A stretch of 64,000 nt of DNA from Polyangiaceae bacterium (GTDB taxonomy: Bacteria; Myxococcota_A; Polyangia; Polyangiales; Polyangiaceae). The notes under the pieces are model-generated. The model was given only the letters and a program-made list of their open reading frames with translations, searched no databases and had not been told where the DNA came from. Positions 1 through 9,798 of the stretch are shown in pieces. The position numbers and the translations under genes are program-made. The stretch lies in assembly GCA_033763455.1 (NCBI GenBank), contig JANRKO010000023.1, forward strand, positions 64,001 through 128,000. The letters run 5' to 3'. Position 1 is the first letter of the stretch, and each line of letters opens with the position of its first letter.

Positions 1-1086
1 CGCGATAGGGATACCCGAAAGTGTGCCGACTTGCCGGTTTGTGCCGAGCTCGGCAAGTGTGGCGGGGCGCCTCCCGAATGCAAAGCGACCTCCGATGATG
101 CATGCAAGAAGGCGCGCGTGTGCCAGAGCGCGGGCCAGTGCCACGCCGTAGGGGATCGCTGCGTGATTACGGACGACTGGTGCCAAAAGCAAAGGAGCTG
201 CAAAGCTTCGGGCCAGTGCACTGCGCAAATCGGCCCGCCTGATCAGTGTATTGCCGGACCAAATGATTGCCAGGGCTCTGACATCTGCAAGAGCGACGGA
301 CTTTGCATGAGTCGAAACGGCCAATGCGCAGCTACTGCGGACGGATGCAGGGCCTCCATGCCCTGCCAGAGAGACGGCCTATGCAGTGAGCAAGAGGGCC
401 GCTGCCTCGCGCTCACGCGAAACGACTGCGAAACGTCTGAAAACTGCTTCAAGCAGGCCAAATGCAGCGCGAATGGCGGAATCTGTAAGCCTGACGCCGA
501 TGATTGCAAGACTTCGGCGCTTTGCCAAAAGTACGGCCTCTGCAAAACCAAAGACGGAAGCTGTGTGGCCGACACCGACGAGGCGTGTTTGGCTTCCGAA
601 GAATGCAAGTTGAACGGCCGCTGTCGTGTGAAACAGAACACGTGCGGAACCGTTAAGGATGAAGACTGCGCGGCCTCTACGAAGTGTAAGGAGGAAGGGC
701 GCTGCGCGGTGCGCTACGGCGTGTGCGCTTCCACAGAGAACAGCCACTGCCGCAACTCCGACGTTTGCAAGACGCAAGGTCGCTGCGCCACGGACAACGG
801 GCGCTGCATAGCAACTCAAAACGCAGATTGCCGGAAATCGGACCTTTGTCTCGAAGAAGGCCGTTGTTTCGCCGATAAAAGCAGTTGCGCAGCCCAGCGC
901 GACGAAGATTGCAAGCGCAGCAAGGTGTGCAAAGAAAAGGGCACCTGCACGGCCAAGTACAGTCGCTGCGTTGTCGATTTCAACTACGGCAAGGCCGACG
1001 CTGGAGCCGCAACCCTCGGCACCCAGCAGAACGCAAAAGCTACTGGCGGCACGAAGCCCGCGACCTCAACAAAGCCCAAACCTTAA
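1..1086 (+). CDS. Cys-rich tandem-repeat protein, 5'-truncated by window edge
   Basis: Frame is open from base 1 (RDRDTRKCADLPVC...). About 12 repeats of 26-29 aa with spacing C-x5-C-x5-C-x6-C (e.g. DCRKSDLCLEEGRCFADKSSCAAQRDE); T/K/P-rich tail. Confidence 0.75.
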   Translation, partial: RDRDTRKCADLPVCAELGKCGGAPPECKATSDDACKKARVCQSAGQCHAVGDRCVITDDWCQKQRSCKASGQCTAQIGPPDQCIAGPNDCQGSDICKSDGLCMSRNGQCAATADGCRASMPCQRDGLCSEQEGRCLALTRNDCETSENCFKQAKCSANGGICKPDADDCKTSALCQKYGLCKTKDGSCVADTDEACLASEECKLNGRCRVKQNTCGTVKDEDCAASTKCKEEGRCAVRYGVCASTENSHCRNSDVCKTQGRCATDNGRCIATQNADCRKSDLCLEEGRCFADKSSCAAQRDEDCKRSKVCKEKGTCTAKYSRCVVDFNYGKADAGAATLGTQQNAKATGGTKPATSTKPKP

Positions 1087-1664
1087 GCTTGGCTCTCGAG
1101 CAGCTCTTCTTCCGTAAACAGAGGAGCTTTGGGGGCTGGCGGGATCCTGGAACCCTTAACGGACCAACGCACGCCGCTGTCAGCCATCTCGCTGAAACGC
1201 ACCCGCACGCTCACAGGCTCTTTTTCGCAGACTGCACCCGCAAGCTCGAACAGATCCGTACGAATCGCTACGTCGGACTCACCGCACTGAGCCGTGAGAA
1301 AAAGCTCTCCATCGGCCGCCATCTTGCGCGCAACCTTAGATACCAATTCGGTGCGACGCCCGGCATCCGACGGCTCAGAATCTCTGGAGGCCGCCACAAT
1401 AATGACCTGCACGCTCTGACCACCCTGGGCCAAGCTCTGCACCCGGCGTTGCACGCGCATGGAGAACTGGCGATACGACTCTTCGTCAGCTTGAACCTCC
1501 ACCAGGGACCCACCCGTCCCTCTCTGCAAGTCAGCCGCAAACACCGGCCAGCTGGCCCCGCGCTCCATGATAACCATGCACACGGTTTTCTCTTTTTGCT
1601 GCTCTTCTGAGCTCCCGAACGTCATCCCTCTACTCACCTTTTCAGAAACGCTGAACATTTGCAT
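1083..1664 (-). CDS. hypothetical protein
   Basis: 193-aa ORF with plausible alpha/beta composition, convergent with the repeat gene; start uncertain; no family recognised. Confidence 0.55.
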   Translation of the reverse strand: MQMFSVSEKVSRGMTFGSSEEQQKEKTVCMVIMERGASWPVFAADLQRGTGGSLVEVQADEESYRQFSMRVQRRVQSLAQGGQSVQVIIVAASRDSEPSDAGRRTELVSKVARKMAADGELFLTAQCGESDVAIRTDLFELAGAVCEKEPVSVRVRFSEMADSGVRWSVKGSRIPPAPKAPLFTEEELLESQA

Positions 1665-1968
1665 GGCACCAATAAGTCCGTCAAGGGGTCATTGAACGCA
1701 GTGCCCCCTGAACGGACATGTGGACAGGCCAGTTAAGGATCACGCTGAAATTTTCAGCACCCACGCCGAGCCTATGGCAACGCGTGCAGCCATGGTGGGA
1801 GCGCCTAAGTGATCGAGATTGCTGTTGAGCAGTGGGGGCCGGCGAATTGGTTGGATGCCCTCCCCGGCAAGACCCGTCAAAGGTGGCGACAAAACCCCAA
1901 TCACTATCGCTCCGCCCGCGATCTTCCGGATTGTGTGGTTCATCAGCTCGCCTGCAGCAACGGATACT

Positions 1969-2244
1969 TCACTCCCGGAAAACGCGAGCCAAGTCGACCT
2001 GCACTTCGGGAAAGCTAGGGGTTTCGAGCGTGGAGCCGCGGTCGAACCTCTGCTCCAGAGCATAATCCGCATTTTCTAGTCGGTAGAGTTCGATGTGACC
2101 GCCGATCGGATCCACCACCCAATACTCGGGCACCAGAAAGCGAGCATACAAGACCTTCTTGACTCTGCGATCCAACACTCTGCTGCTCGGCGAAATGATC
2201 TCGACGACGATCTCCGGAGGTCCCTCAATCCCTCGATCCGTCAC
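1969..2244 (-). pseudogene. Uma2/DUF820 family endonuclease-like fragment (C-terminal half only)
   Basis: GPPEIVVEIISPSS...DRRVKKVLYARFLVPEYWVVDP is the typical Uma2 C-terminal motif set. An in-frame TGA lies 3 codons upstream of the GTG, so the N-terminal half is absent. Confidence 0.7.
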
Positions 2245-2636
2245 GTAGCTTCAGACGTCGATCGTATCGCCCTCTAGCGTGCGCAAGTGGCGACTCCAGC
2301 GAAGTTCCAATGCGAATCCCAGTAAGGCTATCGGAGCGAGCAGAACCGCTGACATCGCTGAGAGAAGCAACACTCGCGATCGGGGCGGAAACTGCGGCAA
2401 TCAATACCAGGTTCACTACAATAGTGACCGGCCACGGTAACCTCATTGCCTCAACCAGTGTCTCCACGGGGCCGCCGGTACTATATTTTGATGCTCCTCG
2501 AAAGCAGGTTAACAGAAGCGGTCGGCCGGAGGTCGGCAAGGTGTCCGATAAACGTCAGATTTCCCAGATACTTGCCATGACAAGTGTCCGTTCGTCAGCG
2601 CGCAGGGCCCCGCGGCGCCGAGAAGTTGGCCCACAC

Positions 2637-4025
2637 CTAGAAATTCAACGCGCGCCCATCGACCGCCAATGCGGCTTCTTTGAGCGCCTCGGCGAGCGTG
2701 GGGTGTGCGTGAGTGGAACGTGCGAGATCTTCGGCGGAGGCACCGAATTCAATCGCCACCGCAGCTTCCGCGATGATGTCGCCCGCGTGGGGACCTAGAA
2801 TGTGCACGCCCAAGATCCGATCTGTTTTCTCATCCGCGAGTACTTTGGCTCGCCCCTCCGTGGAGCCAACGGCCTTTGCACGCGCGTTCGCGAGGAACGG
2901 GAATGATCCCTTTTTGTAGGCAATTCCCGCCGCCTTGAGCTCTTCTTCTGTCTTCCCCACCGAAGCTATCTCTGGGTGCGTGTAAACGACGTTCGGAATC
3001 GCGTCGTAGTTGATGTGGCTGTAGCCTTTTACGATCTGCTCAACGCACGCCACCCCTTCTTCTTCGGCTTTGTGCGCGAGCATGGGGCCTGCGATGACGT
3101 CGCCGATGGCGTAGATGCCAGGCACCTTGGTTCGGAATTTAGCATCGACCACCACACGCCCCCTGGCGTCAAGTTCAACGCCTGCGGCGCCAATGTTCAA
3201 CCCGTCCGTGTTGGGCCTACGGCCAACGGCGAGCAGCACCCGATCGCAGGTGATCGGATCCGAGCCCTCAATTTGCACCGAGCAGTGATCCCCATGCGCC
3301 TCTGCCCCCAACACCTTGGCGCCCAAACGAAACGTAAGTCCCTGCTTTTCGAAGATTCGCTTGGCCTCGGCGGCGAGCTCCGTATCCATCCCGGGCAAGA
3401 TGCGATCCAGATACTCAAGCACCGTGACTTGTGCTCCGAGCCGGCTCCAAACAGAGCCCATTTCAAGGCCAATGACGCCCGCGCCAATTACTACGAGATG
3501 TTTGGGCACCTCGGGGTACGCCAAGGCTTCGGTGCTGGTGCCAATTCGATCGCCGTCGAGCGTGACCCCACGGAGCGGTGATACACTGCTACCGGTGGCG
3601 ATTATCACGTGTTTGGCAACCACCTCTAGGCTGCCGCTCGCCGCCTGAATGTTCACGCGCTTTGAATCGATGAAGCTCGCCCAGCCTTCATAGCGAGTTA
3701 CTTTGTTCTTCTTGAAGAGCTGAGCAATCCCGGATGTAAGCTGGCGCACCACGGTATCTTTGCGGGCCAGCATGCGCGAAAGATCGAGCCGAATTCCCGA
3801 AAGCTCGATCCCGAACTCCGCGGCGTGGTGCTGCGCTTGGTAGTAACGCTCGCTCGATTCGAGCAGGGCTTTGCTTGGAATGCACCCCACGCGCAGGCAG
3901 GTGCCGCCGAGAGCCGCTTCGCCTTCCACGCACGCTACATCCAAGCCCAGCTGAGCCGCGCGAATGGCGGCAATGTAACCGCCCGGGCCTGCGCCGATTA
4001 CCAACAAATCATGGGATTTTGCCAT
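2637..4025 (-). CDS. lpdA: dihydrolipoamide dehydrogenase (E3)
   Basis: GAGPGG FAD motif, GGTCLRVGCIPSK redox disulfide, GAGVIG NAD motif, HAHPTLAE; directly downstream of E2. Confidence 0.97.
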   Translation of the reverse strand: MAKSHDLLVIGAGPGGYIAAIRAAQLGLDVACVEGEAALGGTCLRVGCIPSKALLESSERYYQAQHHAAEFGIELSGIRLDLSRMLARKDTVVRQLTSGIAQLFKKNKVTRYEGWASFIDSKRVNIQAASGSLEVVAKHVIIATGSSVSPLRGVTLDGDRIGTSTEALAYPEVPKHLVVIGAGVIGLEMGSVWSRLGAQVTVLEYLDRILPGMDTELAAEAKRIFEKQGLTFRLGAKVLGAEAHGDHCSVQIEGSDPITCDRVLLAVGRRPNTDGLNIGAAGVELDARGRVVVDAKFRTKVPGIYAIGDVIAGPMLAHKAEEEGVACVEQIVKGYSHINYDAIPNVVYTHPEIASVGKTEEELKAAGIAYKKGSFPFLANARAKAVGSTEGRAKVLADEKTDRILGVHILGPHAGDIIAEAAVAIEFGASAEDLARSTHAHPTLAEALKEAALAVDGRALNF

Positions 4026-4026
4026 A

Positions 4027-5292
4027 TCAAACTTCGAGCAAGATGCGCGTAGGATTCTCGACGCATTCTTTGATGCGCTTCAAAAAGGTAACAGCTTCGC
4101 GACCATCGACGATGCGATGGTCGTACGTCATGGCGATGTACATCATGGGGCGAATCACGACGGCGCCGTTTTCGGCAATCGGCCGATCAAGAATTCCATG
4201 CAGGCCCAAGATGCCGCTTTGCGGAGGATTGATGATAGGCGTGGAGAGTAAGGAGCCGTACACGCCGCCGTTGGAGATCGTGAAGGTGCCACCTTGCATC
4301 TCTTCGAGCTTGAGCTTGTTCTCCTTCGCGCGTTTGCCGAATTCAGCGATTTTCTGCTCCACCTCGGCAAAGCTTAGGCGCTCAGCATTGCGAATCACCG
4401 GCACGGCCAGGCCCTTGCCGCCCCCTACTGCCACACCAATGTCGTAGAAGTTCTTAAACACCAGGTTATCCCCCCGGATCTCCGCGTTCACCTGGGGCAC
4501 CAGCTTCAGAGCATCGATAGCAGCCTTCACAAAGAAGGACATGAAGCCGAGCTTCACGCCGTATCGTTCTTGGAATTGTGGCTGGTACTGCTTTCGGAGC
4601 TCCATCACGTGGGACATATCCACCTCATTGAAGGTGGTGAGCAGAGCCGCCGTTTGCTGGGATTGCACGAGGCGTTCTGCGATGCGGCGCCGGAATGGGC
4701 TCATCGGCACTATCTCTTCGGCTCGACCCGGTGCTTCCGAAGGGGTGGGCGTTGGCGCTGGCGGAGGCGCCGGGGGAGCCTTGCCAAGCTCGGCGCGCCG
4801 CTGAACGTCTTCTTTGAGTAGCCTTCCGCCTGGCCCGGATGCCGGCACTTGTTCTGCGGTGAGCCCGTGCTCGTGCAGGGCATGGCGCGCCGCAGGCATC
4901 ACACGTGCGAAGGCCTGAGGAGGCAAAGACTCGCGGATGCTATCGAGCTCGCGTGAGGCCTGAGGAGCCTCTGGAGCGGGCAATATAGCAGGCGCATCTT
5001 TTGGGGGAGCCGGTGGGGGAGCGGACTTCTGGGGAGCTTGAGCTACAGCACTCGCTGCTTCCTCCATGCTTCCCACAACGTCGCCGACCGTGGCCTTGGC
5101 CCCTGTAGCGATCCGGATCTCGGTGAGCACTCCGTCGGCGGGCGCCGGAAGCTCAACGGTTACCTTATCGGTCTCGATCATCACCAGGCTCTCGTCGCGC
5201 CGAACGGTGTCCCCCACTTTCTTGAGCCATTCACCAACTTGAACTTCAGTGATCGATTCGCCGACGCTCGGAACCTTGAGTAAAATGGCCAT
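4027..5292 (-). CDS. sucB: 2-oxoglutarate dehydrogenase E2, dihydrolipoamide succinyltransferase
   Basis: Lipoyl domain ETDKVTVE, E3-binding [11 protein letters not shown], catalytic YDHRIVDG. Confidence 0.96.
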   Translation of the reverse strand: MAILLKVPSVGESITEVQVGEWLKKVGDTVRRDESLVMIETDKVTVELPAPADGVLTEIRIATGAKATVGDVVGSMEEAASAVAQAPQKSAPPPAPPKDAPAILPAPEAPQASRELDSIRESLPPQAFARVMPAARHALHEHGLTAEQVPASGPGGRLLKEDVQRRAELGKAPPAPPPAPTPTPSEAPGRAEEIVPMSPFRRRIAERLVQSQQTAALLTTFNEVDMSHVMELRKQYQPQFQERYGVKLGFMSFFVKAAIDALKLVPQVNAEIRGDNLVFKNFYDIGVAVGGGKGLAVPVIRNAERLSFAEVEQKIAEFGKRAKENKLKLEEMQGGTFTISNGGVYGSLLSTPIINPPQSGILGLHGILDRPIAENGAVVIRPMMYIAMTYDHRIVDGREAVTFLKRIKECVENPTRILLEV

Positions 5293-5346
5293 TTATTGAA
5301 CCCTTTCTCGCATAACCTACTCTAATCTATCGGCCCCCGTTCAAAT

Positions 5347-8175
5347 TCAATGCCGCGGGGCGAAACTTCGATCGAGCAAATCTTTCTGCTCAATCCTGTG
5401 GCAATTCGCCGAACCTGTGGCCGGGCTTGCTGAAGACGTGCGAGAAACACAGCTGAAAGGAAAACGCCCCAAGAGCTGTGCCCCAAACCGCGCCCAGAGC
5501 GTGCGCCAAGCACCCATGTTTTCCGGCTCCTCCTGAACCCAGATCACAGGTGTCCCGCTCGCGTAGCCGGCAAGCGCTGCGTTGAGCGCCTGCTCCCCGA
5601 GCGGATAGAGCTGTTCCAGGCGCACGATGGCAACATCTGTGCGGCCTAGATCTTCCCGCTGCTTCAATAGATCGTAATACACCTTGCCCGAGCAGAGCAG
5701 GATCCGTTCCGCTTGGGCGGTTACCACATCATCTTTCAGTACACGTTGAAACGTGCCCTGCGTGAAGTCCGTAAGCGGGCTGGTTACCCGCGGATGCCGC
5801 AGCAAACTCTTGGGGGTGAACACCACCAGCGGCTTGCGCCAGGGGCGAACCACCTGCCTGCGCAACAAGTGAAAGAGCTGAGCTGGCGTCGTAGGTTGAA
5901 CAATCTGCATGTTGTCTTCGGAAGCCAGAGTCAGGAAGCGTTCAAGGCGCGCGCTCGAATGCTCCGGACCCTGGCCTTCAAAGCCGTGGGGCAACAGCAT
6001 CGTGATGCCACTCAAGCGCTTCCACTTATCTTCGGCACTCGAGATAAATTGATCGATAATGACCTGCGCCGCGTTAACAAAATCACCGAACTGCGCTTCC
6101 CAAATCACCAATCCGTCTGGCCAATCCAGGCTGTAGCCGTACTCAAAACCAAGCACACCAGCCTCACTCAAACAGCTGTTGTAGATTTCAAGTGGCGCCT
6201 GAGACGGGCTCATATGGCAGAGAGGAATATAGCGCTCGCCGTTTTCGTAGTCGTGCAGTACCGCATGACGGTGGCTGAAGGTGCCGCGGCCCGCGTCTTG
6301 CCCGGTAAACCGCACGCGAACGCCCTCCATAACAAGGCTAGCAAACACCAGAGCCTCGCCAGCGCCCCAATCGAGTGGCTTCAACTGGTCCGCCATTTCC
6401 CGCCTTTGCTCGAGAATGCGAACGATTTTTGGATTGGGATGGAAGCCTTCAGGAAGCTCTAGCTGACGGCGCATGTAGTGGGTTAGCAGCGACAGATCAA
6501 CGCCGGTTGGAGGGTCATCCACTGCTGCTTCCGGGCCTCCCCCAAAGCCCTTCCAATAGCCCCCCAACCAATCCTGCACCTTCACGTAATCTTCACGGCG
6601 AGCCTCACCAAGCTCCACTTCGAGGTGTTCGCGGCGCTGCACGGTAATCGCGTCCGCCTCTTCACGCGTAACACTGCCAAGCTTCAGCAGGTTGTTGAGA
6701 TAGCCGTCGCGCACGCTGGCGCGCTGACGAATGGCTGCATAAAGAAGCGGCTGGGTGAAGGTAGGCTCGTCACCCTCGTTGTGGCCGTAGCGTCGATACC
6801 CATACATATCGATCACGACGTCGCGCTGGAACGTGTCCCGAAAGTCCATCGCCAGCAACACCACTTGTGCCACCGCTTCTGGATCTTCACCGTTCACGTG
6901 AAAGATCGGAATTTGGAGCATCTTGGCTACGTCCGTTGCGTACGTGGTCGAGCGCGCCTCTGAAGGAGGTGTGGTGAAGCCAATCTGGTTATTGATCACG
7001 ACGTGCAACGTGCCGCCCGTGCCGTAGGCGGCTAGCTGACTCAGATTGAGCGTTTCCTGGACGATGCCCTCGCCCGCAAACGCAGCATCTCCGTGGATCA
7101 CCAGGGCCATCTTGCGACGTCTCTCGGTGTCTTTGGCACGGTCCTGTTTGGCACGCGTTCGACCGAGCACGACAGTGTTCACGTATTCCAAGTGGCTTGG
7201 GTTGAAGCACAGAGAGAGGTGCACCTGTTTTCCGTTCGCACAGGCGTAATCAGCACTGTGCCCTAGGTGGTACTTCACGTCGCCACTGCCAAAATAGAGC
7301 TCAGGGTCGAGGTCTTCAAACTCCCGAAAGATATCACGTGGGCTCTTGCCCATGATGTTCGCCAGCACATTCAGGCGACCACGGTGCGCCATCCCCAGCA
7401 CTACCTCGTCCACGCCGAGCTCAGAGGCGCGATCGATGGCGAACGCTAGGAGAGGAATCAAACTTTCCGAACCTTCCAATGAAAAACTCTTAGCTCCCAA
7501 GAACTTCTTCTGGACGAACTCTTCGAAGATCACGGCATCGGTCAGCTTGGTGAGGATACGCAGTTGTTCCTGGCGGCTCAGGTCCAAACGATTCTCTGTC
7601 CCCTCCATGCGCCTTTGAAGCCAATCTTTAACCTCAAGATCATCGATGTGCATGAATTGCACACCGATCGAGCGACAATACGTATTGTGAAGGCGGCTTA
7701 CGATCTCGCCGAGCGTCGATACTGCTGGCCCAAAAATCGTACGACTAGAAAACTTGCGACTGAGATCGTCCTGTGAGAGCCCGTGAAACTCGGGCGAAAG
7801 CTCAAGTTGATCTGGGCGCGGAAGCCCCAGCGGATCGACCGCCGCGATCATGTGCCCTCGCACTCGAAAGGCGCGGACGAGTGCATCCACGCGATCCTGG
7901 CGGACCGCAGCATCTGAAACACCAGCTGAACCGTTCAGGCCACCATTGCCATTTTGATAGCTGCCGCCATTCGTTGGAGACGGGGGATTGAACAGGCTGG
8001 AGGGGCGAAAGGTAGGACCAAACCCAAGCCCACCGTGCGGGGGAGGAGCGATGCCATCGAAGTATTGTTTCCAATCGGCGGGAACACTCGAGGCGTCCTT
8101 CAAGTACTCGACGTACAGATCTTCGATGAGCGACAGGCACTCACTGTTCGGCCAAGTTTCAAATGATTGCGACAT
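5347..8175 (-). CDS. sucA: 2-oxoglutarate dehydrogenase E1
   Basis: GMAHRGRLNVL, GDVKYHLG, NPSHLE, HGDAAFAGEG ThDP motif, EAQFGDF, GPEHSSARLERF. Confidence 0.97.
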   Translation of the reverse strand: MSQSFETWPNSECLSLIEDLYVEYLKDASSVPADWKQYFDGIAPPPHGGLGFGPTFRPSSLFNPPSPTNGGSYQNGNGGLNGSAGVSDAAVRQDRVDALVRAFRVRGHMIAAVDPLGLPRPDQLELSPEFHGLSQDDLSRKFSSRTIFGPAVSTLGEIVSRLHNTYCRSIGVQFMHIDDLEVKDWLQRRMEGTENRLDLSRQEQLRILTKLTDAVIFEEFVQKKFLGAKSFSLEGSESLIPLLAFAIDRASELGVDEVVLGMAHRGRLNVLANIMGKSPRDIFREFEDLDPELYFGSGDVKYHLGHSADYACANGKQVHLSLCFNPSHLEYVNTVVLGRTRAKQDRAKDTERRRKMALVIHGDAAFAGEGIVQETLNLSQLAAYGTGGTLHVVINNQIGFTTPPSEARSTTYATDVAKMLQIPIFHVNGEDPEAVAQVVLLAMDFRDTFQRDVVIDMYGYRRYGHNEGDEPTFTQPLLYAAIRQRASVRDGYLNNLLKLGSVTREEADAITVQRREHLEVELGEARREDYVKVQDWLGGYWKGFGGGPEAAVDDPPTGVDLSLLTHYMRRQLELPEGFHPNPKIVRILEQRREMADQLKPLDWGAGEALVFASLVMEGVRVRFTGQDAGRGTFSHRHAVLHDYENGERYIPLCHMSPSQAPLEIYNSCLSEAGVLGFEYGYSLDWPDGLVIWEAQFGDFVNAAQVIIDQFISSAEDKWKRLSGITMLLPHGFEGQGPEHSSARLERFLTLASEDNMQIVQPTTPAQLFHLLRRQVVRPWRKPLVVFTPKSLLRHPRVTSPLTDFTQGTFQRVLKDDVVTAQAERILLCSGKVYYDLLKQREDLGRTDVAIVRLEQLYPLGEQALNAALAGYASGTPVIWVQEEPENMGAWRTLWARFGAQLLGRFPFSCVSRTSSASPATGSANCHRIEQKDLLDRSFAPRH

Positions 8176-8576
8176 CTTGTCCTTTGCAAACGCTCCGTGG
8201 GATTCAATCTATAGGAGCTATCACGCTCGCGCGGCGCCACACATGCCCTCGGCTGAAGCGCGACGCAAGCACCTGTTGGCCAACCGCCCGAACCGAGCCC
8301 TTTGGCTCACCCCCACCCGCCCGCCGACATCGACCCACGGCGCGTTCGCCTGGTATTCAGGTTTCTTCAGGCCAATCGGCGGCGGCTACACGTAGGCTGG
8401 TACTGCTTCAGATTCAATCGGCCGCGTGGCCCGCAACTACAGCCGTTCCGACGCCGGCAGCCCTGGCTGGCATCCGCGGCTTGCTGTCCTGGCGCTGCGT
8501 CTGGTGAGGCCGGCAGAAGCTGTAAAACATGAACATCAACGCCGTCGCGTTTCTGTGGCTCACTGAACGAATGCTC

Positions 8577-8606
8577 TTGCACATAGACGTCCAGACGTCT
8601 TATGGT
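8577..8606 (+). promoter_or_regulatory. putative sigma70 promoter of the R-M cassette with palindromic operator in the spacer
   Basis: TTGCAC (8577-8582), N18, TATGGT (8601-8606). The spacer holds the inverted repeat AGACGTC-CA-GACGTCT (8585-8600). Start codons GTG 8612/ATG 8615 follow immediately. Confidence 0.5.
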
Positions 8607-8611
8607 TTCAC

Positions 8612-8848
8612 GTGATGGCAAAAACCACGGCGAAACGCCAGCCTGGAGAAGTACGGGATGCAATCTTGGCGTACCTGAAAGCCAGTGGGCGCGCCTGCTC
8701 AGTTGCCGAGATCCTGGCAGCCGTAAGTGAGAAGCTCGGCGCGCCAGTTCCCGCATCATCGGTGCGCTCATATCTTGGCTCCAACGTCAACGGTGATGAA
8801 AACAAGTTCCGCCGTGTCGGTCACGGGAAGTATGAGCTGGCAAAATGA
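8612..8848 (+). CDS. small winged-helix protein, HARE-HTH-like; putative R-M controller
   Basis: VRDAILAYLKASGRACSVAEILAAV...ASSVRSYL...FRRVGHGKYEL matches the wHTH/HARE-HTH pattern; ATGA overlap with the MTase. Confidence 0.65.
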   Translation: MMAKTTAKRQPGEVRDAILAYLKASGRACSVAEILAAVSEKLGAPVPASSVRSYLGSNVNGDENKFRRVGHGKYELAK

Positions 8849-9798
8849 AAGCAACTGCGCGCTCTACTGGACCGAAGAGAAGGCCGATGGAACCAGTGAG
8901 CCACCAGCTGCACCGCGCCGACTGCCTTGCGTGGATGGCGCAGCAGCCGGAATCTTCAATCGAAGCAATTGTGACGGACCCGCCCTATGGGCATCGCGAG
9001 TACACCGATTCCGAGCAGCAGAAACTTCGAGCGGGGCGGGGCGGAATCTGGCGAATTCCACCCGCGTTCGATGGGTTTAAGCGCAGCCCATTGCCGCGCT
9101 TCACGGTTTTGTCGGACAGGGACAAAGAAGAAATGGAGGCGTTCTTCGCAAGCTTCGCCAAACAAGTGGCGCGTATCCTTGTGCCCGGCGCGCATGTGTT
9201 CATCGCGGCAAACCCATTGCTGTCGCACTTGGTTTACTATCCGCTGATTGCCGCAGGGCTTGAGAAGCGCGGAGAAATTATCCGGCTCGTCCAGACGCTG
9301 CGTGGCGGTGACCGCCCCAAGAACGCACATGAAGAGTTCGCCGAAGTCACGGTTATGCCACGCTCTCGGTGGGAACCGTGGGGGCTGTTCCGCAAACCGT
9401 GTGAGGGTCGCGTGCAGGATAATCTTCGCAAATACGGCACGGGGGCACTGCGGCGCCTGTCGGCGGATCGTCCTTTTTCGGACGTGATCGAGTCGTCCCC
9501 AACTCGACCAGAAGAGCGTAAGATTTGTCCGCACCCATCGCTTAAGCCACAGGCATTCATGAGACAGATTGTCCGGGCAAGTCTTCCGCTCGGCCACGGG
9601 ACTGTCTTGGACCCTTTCATGGGCGGTGGGGCGACCGTGGCGGCGGCGCTTGCGGTCGGATACTTAAGCGTGGGTATCGAGAAAGACCCTGTCTTTTTCG
9701 CAGTTGCGAAGCGCGGTATCCCGGCTCTTGCCCAACTTGAGGGTACTGCGGCAGACTCAGCGGGTGCCACCCGCCGTGCCCGTTCGGGCACAACCTGA
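8845..9798 (+). CDS. site-specific DNA methyltransferase (N4-C/N6-A, beta class)
   Basis: Motif IV VTDPPY near the N-terminus, HPSLKP, motif I VLDPFMGGG near the C-terminus. Confidence 0.92.
   Translation: MKATARSTGPKRRPMEPVSHQLHRADCLAWMAQQPESSIEAIVTDPPYGHREYTDSEQQKLRAGRGGIWRIPPAFDGFKRSPLPRFTVLSDRDKEEMEAFFASFAKQVARILVPGAHVFIAANPLLSHLVYYPLIAAGLEKRGEIIRLVQTLRGGDRPKNAHEEFAEVTVMPRSRWEPWGLFRKPCEGRVQDNLRKYGTGALRRLSADRPFSDVIESSPTRPEERKICPHPSLKPQAFMRQIVRASLPLGHGTVLDPFMGGGATVAAALAVGYLSVGIEKDPVFFAVAKRGIPALAQLEGTAADSAGATRRARSGTT

Noticed and set aside
8585..8600. GACGTC as the proven R-M recognition site
   Set aside because: GACGTC occurs repeatedly elsewhere in the window, and specificity cannot be read from sequence.
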